DNA of 64,000 nucleotides from Deltaproteobacteria bacterium (GTDB lineage Bacteria; Desulfobacterota_D; UBA1144; Nemesobacterales; UBA2774): NCBI GenBank assembly GCA_029262275.1, contig JAJCZS010000007.1, positions 58,785 to 122,784 of the forward strand, read 5' to 3'. Shown piece by piece: positions 57,692 to 64,000 of this stretch (position 1 is its first letter; each line of letters starts with the position of its first letter). The notes under the pieces were generated by a model. It saw only the letters and a program-made list of their open reading frames with translations, ran no database searches and was not told where the DNA came from. The position numbers and the translations under genes were made by a program.

Positions 57692-58792
57692 CTATAAATA
57701 CCCCTCAACCATAAGTTCATCATTTATTTTCTTTACCTTGGTATTTTTTATTTCTATTGATTTTTTAATAGCTGGTATATCAAGCTCTCCAATCATGCTA
57801 ATGCCTTCTGCCCCTACAATTTTAGGTGCATAAAAGAAGACTACTTTATCCACTATCCCACTTTTCAGTGCTGAGGCCGCCACTTTACTGCCGCCTTCAA
57901 TTAGTACGCTCATAATTTTATATTTGCCCAATTTTCTGGCTAATTCTTTTAGGTTAAGCCGCCCGTTTTTATCTTGTTTAATGTTTAGGATGGTTGCACC
58001 AAGATTTTCTAGTTTCTCAGCTTTTCTTTTTTTTGATTTATCTGATGTAGCGATGATTATAGTCTCATGGATTTTAAGAAGGTTCGAATCAAGAGGAATT
58101 CTTAGCTTGCTGTCTAAAACTATTGGAATAGGGTCCCTGCTCATTTTTTTCCCAAATCTGACATTTAGACTTGGATTATCTTTTAAAACAGTCTCTATTC
58201 CTACCATAATTCCATCTAGTTTGCCTCGGAGCTGGTGTGCATATTTCCTTTGAGTAGGGCTTCCGATCCATTTGGAATCGCCAGTATAAGCCGCAATCTT
58301 TCCGTCCATAGTAGCTGCAAGCTTCAGAATTACAAATGGTTTTCCAGTGGTTATATATTTAGTAAAAGCCTCATTTAGTTGCTTTGCTTTTTCTTCAAGA
58401 ATACCCACCTCAACTTCAATTCCATTTTTCCTAAGTATTCTAACTCCCTTTCCCGCCACCTCGGGATTAGGGTCGAGCATGGAGACAAAAACTTTAGATA
58501 TCTTCTTCTCAATTATGGCTTTAACACAAGGCGGGGTCCTCTTGTTTGTATGACAGCAGGGCTCAAGAGTTACATATAGGGTTGCATCTTTAATAGAGTT
58601 TTTCTTTTTGGCAGCATCGTTAAATGCTTCTATTTCAGCATGGGGAAGTCCTGCCTTTTTATGATAACCACGGCCTATAATGTTCCCCCGTTTGACTAAA
58701 ACCGCTCCTACAAGAGGGTTTGGACTGGTTGTGCCTTCCCCCTTCTTGGCAAGCCTAAGAGCAAGGGACATATATTTTGTGTGGTTATCCAT
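57692..58792 (-). CDS. ribD: bifunctional riboflavin biosynthesis protein RibD (deaminase/reductase)
   Basis: CMP/dCMP-deaminase zinc motifs HAEIEA and PCCHTNKRTPPC, followed by a RibD_C reductase domain. Confidence 0.85.
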   Translation of the reverse strand: MDNHTKYMSLALRLAKKGEGTTSPNPLVGAVLVKRGNIIGRGYHKKAGLPHAEIEAFNDAAKKKNSIKDATLYVTLEPCCHTNKRTPPCVKAIIEKKISKVFVSMLDPNPEVAGKGVRILRKNGIEVEVGILEEKAKQLNEAFTKYITTGKPFVILKLAATMDGKIAAYTGDSKWIGSPTQRKYAHQLRGKLDGIMVGIETVLKDNPSLNVRFGKKMSRDPIPIVLDSKLRIPLDSNLLKIHETIIIATSDKSKKRKAEKLENLGATILNIKQDKNGRLNLKELARKLGKYKIMSVLIEGGSKVAASALKSGIVDKVVFFYAPKIVGAEGISMIGELDIPAIKKSIEIKNTKVKKINDELMVEGYL

Positions 58793-58844
58793 TATTTCCT
58801 ATTTCAAAAAACAATGATAGAAATGTTTATTTAAGTTTATTGTA

Positions 58845-60170
58845 TTAGTGGACAGTTTCTTCTCCAGAGTAGAAAAGAGCCTCTACGAATTCTTCTGCAT
58901 TAAACTCTCTTAGATCACTTAGGCTCTCACCAATTCCTATATATTTAACCGGTATATTGAGCTCATCTGCTATAGCTATAATTACCCCACCCTTAGCTGT
59001 TCCATCTAATTTCGTGAGAACTATTCCACTTATTCCAAGGGATTCATTGAATTGCTTTGCTTGCTGCACTGCATTTTGTCCTGTTGTTGCGTCCAGTACC
59101 AAAAGAGTTTCATGTGGAGCTCCTTCAAGCTCCCTTCCTACTATTCTTTTCATTTTTGTAAGCTCTTCCATTAGATTCCCTTTCGTGTGCAGTCTTCCTG
59201 CGGTGTCAATTATTAGTATATCGGTCCCTCTTGCCTGGGCTGCTTTTACGGCGTCAAATGCAACAGAGGAGGGGTCTCCGCCACTTTGTCCTTTTAGGAA
59301 ATCCGTTCCAACTCTCTTGGACCATACCTCAAGCTGCTCAGTAGCAGCTGCCCTAAAAGTGTCTCCTGCAGCTACCATTACTTTCTTATCATCCGTTTTA
59401 AGTCTATTTGCAAGCTTACCTATGGTAGTTGTTTTACCAACTCCGTTTACTCCAGCAACCATTATTACAAAAGGACTTGTCTCAGCATTTATAGGAGCGC
59501 CTTGAGCGCTTTTGAGTATTTCGAGTATCTCCTCTTTAAGATTGTCAGTTATAGACTCAGGGCTGTTAAGTGACTGTTTTGAGAGCTTGGTCTCTATATT
59601 TTCTCTTAATTTCATAGTTGTACTAACACCTAGGTCTGCCATGATTAAAGTTTCTTCAAATTCATCCCAAAGGTCGGCATTTATCTCTTTTTTGGAAACT
59701 ATCCCACCTAGCCCACCAAGAAGGCCGGCTTGAGTTTTGGAGAGACCTCTTCTAAGCTTAGCAAATAGCCCCTCTTTTGTTTCCTCGGCCTGTTCTTCTT
59801 GTACTATTTCTTCAAGCGTTTCTTCAATTTGATCTGTGATTGCATCTTCTTCGATAATCTCTTGAGTTGCTTCTGATACTTCTTCGACTACCTCAGGTGC
59901 TTGTGTTTGAAATTCCTGGCCAGCTGTTATATCGGAAATATCTTCTATTTCCTCTGCACCTTCTGCTTCTAATTCTTCGATAATCTCTTGGGTTTCATCA
60001 AGTGGTTCAATGTCTAGCTCTAATTCCTGAGCCTGTTCAGGCGCTTTTCCTCCAAGTAGGGCTGCTATTATGAATGAAATTGCTGCTATTATTATGAAAA
60101 TTACCGCGACAGCAACTAGGTCTGAATATGGACTTGGAATGGTATTTAAAATTGATAAAATTTCTTCCAT
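58845..60170 (-). CDS. ftsY: signal recognition particle receptor FtsY
   Basis: N-terminal membrane anchor, a highly acidic A-domain, and an NG domain with G-motifs (MVAGVNGVGKTTTIGKL, DTAGR, TKLDGTAKGG). Confidence 0.9.
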   Translation of the reverse strand: MEEILSILNTIPSPYSDLVAVAVIFIIIAAISFIIAALLGGKAPEQAQELELDIEPLDETQEIIEELEAEGAEEIEDISDITAGQEFQTQAPEVVEEVSEATQEIIEEDAITDQIEETLEEIVQEEQAEETKEGLFAKLRRGLSKTQAGLLGGLGGIVSKKEINADLWDEFEETLIMADLGVSTTMKLRENIETKLSKQSLNSPESITDNLKEEILEILKSAQGAPINAETSPFVIMVAGVNGVGKTTTIGKLANRLKTDDKKVMVAAGDTFRAAATEQLEVWSKRVGTDFLKGQSGGDPSSVAFDAVKAAQARGTDILIIDTAGRLHTKGNLMEELTKMKRIVGRELEGAPHETLLVLDATTGQNAVQQAKQFNESLGISGIVLTKLDGTAKGGVIIAIADELNIPVKYIGIGESLSDLREFNAEEFVEALFYSGEETVH

Positions 60171-60424
60171 TTATTAATCCTCCTTCCTCTGGGTTGACTA
60201 AAACTAAACCAAACTAATTCTTAAAGTAGTTAGAATAACATAAGCACTTATATAGAATTAGCAGTTAATATACTTTTTAGGCTGTGCTTTTCAATATTGT
60301 TAGAGTTTGATTTTTGTAAATTATTGTAGAACAGCTAAAAATTCTGGGTTGTAAATGCCGGAAATCATATGATGTTTTTTTCTACACTTGCTAACGTTAA
60401 ATCTTCTTAGATATAATACTTAAA

Positions 60425-63400
60425 ATGTCAGACGGATTTGTTCACCTCCATCTTCACTCTCAATATTCCCTCTTAGATGGTGCCATAAAATTTGAAGATC
60501 TTTTTCCCCAGGCCAAAGAGTTTGGTATGCAGGCTGTTGCCCTTACTGACCATGGCAACCTATTTGGCGCTTATGACTTTTATAAAAAAGCCAAAGAAAC
60601 CGGGATAAAACCAATTATAGGGTGCGAGATATATGTAACTCCCAAGATTAATCCAGATAACCCCTCAGAGGGCAAGACGCACCATCTGACTGTGCTCTCT
60701 ATGAACCAAAAGGGATACCAAAATCTATCAAGACTTGTAACAGCGGCGTACTTTGATGGTTTCTACAGAAGACCCAGGGTGGATCATGAGCTTTTGGATA
60801 AACACAATGAGGGTCTTATAGTTCTTAGCGGATGTCTTAACAGCGAGCTCTCTCAAGCTATTTTTGGTAAGGGTGTGAAGGGTGCACTTGATATTGCGGC
60901 TATGTACAGAGAGATATTTGGCGACAGATACTACCTTGAGGTTCAAGCTACAGGGTTACCGGAGCAAATCAGGATTAATAAAAAGGTTAGAGAAGTTGGG
61001 GATACGCTCAATATTCCAATTGTAGCTACAAATGACTGTCATTTCTTAAGGCGTGAGGATACAAAACCCCACGATGCTCTCTTGTGCATACAAACCGGCT
61101 CATCAATACAGGATGAAAATAGATTCAAATTCCAGGGGGACCAGTACTATCTCAAATCGGAAGGAGAGATGCTGGGTGATCTAGAGGGTTTTGAGGATGC
61201 GATACAAAGAACAGGGGAGGTTGCCAAAAGGTGCAACTTCGAGTTTGAACAGACTGGATACAAGCTGCCTGAATTTAAAGTTGAAGGTGATATATCGCTT
61301 GATGATTATATGTTAAAGCTCTCCAGAGAAAAACTACAAGAAAAAATTGAAGAAGACTTAATACCTAAAGAAAAATTAGATGAGTATTCTGAGAGGCTTG
61401 AGACTGAACTTAAGATTATCTTGGAGATGGGTTTCTCGGGGTATTTTCTAGTAGTAGCGGATTTTATTAATTATGCCAAATCCAGTGGTATCCCGGTTGG
61501 CCCCGGAAGAGGTAGCGCTGCTGGGAGTTTGGTTGCCTATGTGTTAGGCATAACTGAGGTTGACCCTATTCCCTACGATCTTATTTTTGAGAGATTCCTT
61601 AACCCTGAGCGAATAAGCATGCCGGATATTGATATCGATTTCTGCGGTGAGGGAAGAGACGAAGTAATAAGATACGTAACAGAGAAATACGGGGCTGATA
61701 AAGTAGCTCAGATAGGAACATTTGGAACAATGTCCGCTAAAGCAGTAGTTAAGGATGTGGGCCGAGTGCTTGGGATACCTTATGCTGATGTGGATAGGGT
61801 TTCAAAACTCATACCTTCATTTAGAGGAAAGGTTTTCAGTATTGAGAAGGCAATAAAAGAGGTTAAGGAACTTAGAGATTTAATAAAAAGCTCCCCACAA
61901 CTTCAAGAGATGATTGAGCTTGCAAAGCCGCTTGAGAATATGGTACGCCATTCCTCGACTCATGCTGCAGGAATAGTCATTGCAAATGAGCCTCTTTCAG
62001 ATCATATACCTCTATACAAGGGTTCAAAGGATGAGATCGTGACCCAGTTCGATATGAACTCTATCGAGGAGCTTGGGTTTGTTAAGTTTGATTTTCTAGG
62101 TTTAAAAACTCTGACTGTTATAAATAAAGCGCTTAATCTAATAAAAGAAAATTATGATTCTGACAGGTGGATCCAGATAGATAGGATCCCGCTTGATGAT
62201 GAAAAGGTATACAAGCTCCTTACCACTGGGCGCATGCGAGGTATCTTCCAAATAGAATCCTCGGGCATGAAAGATGTTCTTACCAAGCTTCAGCCGACGC
62301 AGTTTGAGGACTTAATTGCACTTTTGGCTCTGTATCGTCCGGGCCCGCTCGATAGTGGTATGGTCGATGACTTTATAAAACGTAAACATGGGAAACAGAA
62401 GATAAAATTCCCGCTGGAAGAATTAAAAGAAATATTAAGTGATACATATGGGTTATTTGTGTACCAAGAACAAATAATGCAGACTGCGAGCGTTGTGGCT
62501 GAGTACAGCTTGGGAGAGGCAGATCTTCTAAGACGAGCAATGGGTAAAAAGAAACCAGAAGAGATGAAAGCTCAAAAAGACAGGTTTCTTAAAGGGGCTA
62601 AGAAAAGGGATATTAGCGATAAGAAGGCACAAGAGCTATTCGATACTATGGAAAAATTTGCCGAGTACTCTTTTAACAAAAGTCACAGCACAGCCTATGC
62701 ATTAATCACCTATCAAACTGCATATTTAAAAGCCCATTTTCCAGCTGAATTTATGGCTGCTCTGTTGTCTGTTGAATCAGGCAACACTGATAAAGTTATT
62801 TCCAGCATTTCTGAATGTAAGCAAATGGACATACCAGTTCTGGCTCCTGATGTTAATGAGAGTATGGCAGGATTTACAGCCTCTAATGGAAAGATAAGAT
62901 TTGGACTCTCTGGTATTAAGAATGTTGGCGGCAGCACTGTACAAGCTATTATAGATGCAAGGGCAGAGGGGGGTGATTTTGAGACGATTTTTAATTTCTG
63001 TGAGCGTGTTGAAGGAAGAAAGTTAAACAGACGGACATTTGAGAGTCTTATTAAAAGTGGAGCATTTGATTCCTTGGGCGTGCACCGCGGATGTCTTATG
63101 GACTCGGTTGAAATACTTCTTAGTTTTACCTCACTTAAGCAAAAGAGCTCGGCAGAGGGGCAGCATTCTCTTTTTGCTTCAAATGATTCAATAACTATGC
63201 CGACTTTGTCGGATGTAAATGAGTGGCAAGAAAAAGACGTGCTATCAAATGAAATGGAAGTGCTTGGATTCTATGTCACTAGCCATCCAATGGCTAAATA
63301 TTCATCTGAAATGAACAACTCAATAACGAATTTGGATTCGGAAGCGCTACTAGAGATAAAAGAAAAACGCGAGGTCAGTATAGCTGGTGTAGTGAGGTCT

Positions 63401-63862
63401 CTTATTATTAAAAATACCAAAAGTGGGTCAGGTATTTATGGGAACTTGGTTCTTGAGGATATGAAGGGGTCAGTAGAGGTCATTATTTTTGACAAATTGC
63501 TGAGAAGGACACGCACAATCCTAGAGGAACAAGTGGAGCCTATAATTATAAAGGGGATGCTCGAGCCAAATGAGGATCAGGTGAAATTAAGAGCACTTGA
63601 TATTATATCTCTTAGGGGCATGAGGAATGGCTCAACTGTGCATATTAGTTTTGATAGAGCCTCTTCTACAAAAGATAATTTTGAGATGTTAAAAGATATT
63701 CTAGGTAAATACCCGGGCGACTGCGAAGTGCATGTACATATCAATACGGATGATGGTGAATCAGTGCTTGAAGCGGCTGATTTCAGGGTAGATGTACAAG
63801 ACAGTTTTCTCTCTGATGTGGAAGAACTCTTGGGTGAAGGCGCGGTCAGATTCGCTCAATAG
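60425..63862 (+). CDS. dnaE: DNA polymerase III alpha subunit
   Basis: PHP domain start FVHLHLHSQYSLLDGA. 1145 aa, with polymerase core, HhH and OB-fold regions (…GFVKFDFLGLKTLTVI…). Confidence 0.95.
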   Translation: MSDGFVHLHLHSQYSLLDGAIKFEDLFPQAKEFGMQAVALTDHGNLFGAYDFYKKAKETGIKPIIGCEIYVTPKINPDNPSEGKTHHLTVLSMNQKGYQNLSRLVTAAYFDGFYRRPRVDHELLDKHNEGLIVLSGCLNSELSQAIFGKGVKGALDIAAMYREIFGDRYYLEVQATGLPEQIRINKKVREVGDTLNIPIVATNDCHFLRREDTKPHDALLCIQTGSSIQDENRFKFQGDQYYLKSEGEMLGDLEGFEDAIQRTGEVAKRCNFEFEQTGYKLPEFKVEGDISLDDYMLKLSREKLQEKIEEDLIPKEKLDEYSERLETELKIILEMGFSGYFLVVADFINYAKSSGIPVGPGRGSAAGSLVAYVLGITEVDPIPYDLIFERFLNPERISMPDIDIDFCGEGRDEVIRYVTEKYGADKVAQIGTFGTMSAKAVVKDVGRVLGIPYADVDRVSKLIPSFRGKVFSIEKAIKEVKELRDLIKSSPQLQEMIELAKPLENMVRHSSTHAAGIVIANEPLSDHIPLYKGSKDEIVTQFDMNSIEELGFVKFDFLGLKTLTVINKALNLIKENYDSDRWIQIDRIPLDDEKVYKLLTTGRMRGIFQIESSGMKDVLTKLQPTQFEDLIALLALYRPGPLDSGMVDDFIKRKHGKQKIKFPLEELKEILSDTYGLFVYQEQIMQTASVVAEYSLGEADLLRRAMGKKKPEEMKAQKDRFLKGAKKRDISDKKAQELFDTMEKFAEYSFNKSHSTAYALITYQTAYLKAHFPAEFMAALLSVESGNTDKVISSISECKQMDIPVLAPDVNESMAGFTASNGKIRFGLSGIKNVGGSTVQAIIDARAEGGDFETIFNFCERVEGRKLNRRTFESLIKSGAFDSLGVHRGCLMDSVEILLSFTSLKQKSSAEGQHSLFASNDSITMPTLSDVNEWQEKDVLSNEMEVLGFYVTSHPMAKYSSEMNNSITNLDSEALLEIKEKREVSIAGVVRSLIIKNTKSGSGIYGNLVLEDMKGSVEVIIFDKLLRRTRTILEEQVEPIIIKGMLEPNEDQVKLRALDIISLRGMRNGSTVHISFDRASSTKDNFEMLKDILGKYPGDCEVHVHINTDDGESVLEAADFRVDVQDSFLSDVEELLGEGAVRFAQ

Positions 63863-64000
63863 TTAATTAGGGTAGTTCTCTTCTATAACTTCTTTAAGTT
63901 TCTCCGGATTATTTGTAATCACAAAAACTTCTTGTACGGAAGTTCCACTTCTTGCAATTAACTTAGCTCCGCTAACAGTGTCGTATTGGTAGGTGACTAT
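63863..64000 (-). CDS. 3' end of an unidentified minus-strand gene (continues beyond the window)
   Basis: Open frame from the window edge to a TAA at 63863-65 (…ARSGTSVQEVFVITNNPEKLKEVIEENYPN*). No family assignment. Confidence 0.3.
   Translation of the reverse strand: MVTYQYDTVSGAKLIARSGTSVQEVFVITNNPEKLKEVIEENYPN

Overview
The window is a 64 kb chromosomal segment from a low-GC Gram-negative-type bacterium; the sequence is AT-rich by eye, and the outer-membrane-type envelope is inferred from murJ, ftsY, nuo, kefFC and an IPTL-CTERM protein. About 70% of the window is housekeeping. This includes a complete collinear dcw cell-division/cell-wall cluster (mraZ-rsmH-ftsL-ftsI-murE-murF-mraY-murD-ftsW-murG-murC-murB-ftsQ-ftsA-ftsZ, with no ddl and no lpxC) with murJ just upstream on the opposite strand. 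It also includes dnaE, ftsY, ribD, nadD-rsfS, a gcvT-gcvH-gcvP glycine cleavage cluster, recJ, aroQ, glnB-glnA, an isolated nuoJKL module, kefF-kefC, an ECF sigma/zinc anti-sigma pair and a sigma-70 family factor. Between these blocks sit accessory-looking inserts. The first is a 2-gene AT-rich island (DUF2971-like protein plus a membrane-anchored unknown). The second is an operon led by a Rieske [2Fe-2S] domain fused to a thiamine-pyrophosphate enzyme. The third is a secreted triple-repeat protein carrying repeated CX3C pairs. The fourth is a def-alsD-cyclase operon in which the AlsD-like and cyclase-like proteins have signal peptides. The fifth is a GH5 cellulase with two CBM2 modules and a GC-rich Pro-Thr linker, which looks horizontally acquired. 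The sixth is an IPTL-CTERM sorting-signal protein. No rRNA, tRNA, CRISPR array, transposase or integrase was recognised. The Rieske-TPP operon and the DUF2971 island are the best candidates for undescribed biology.
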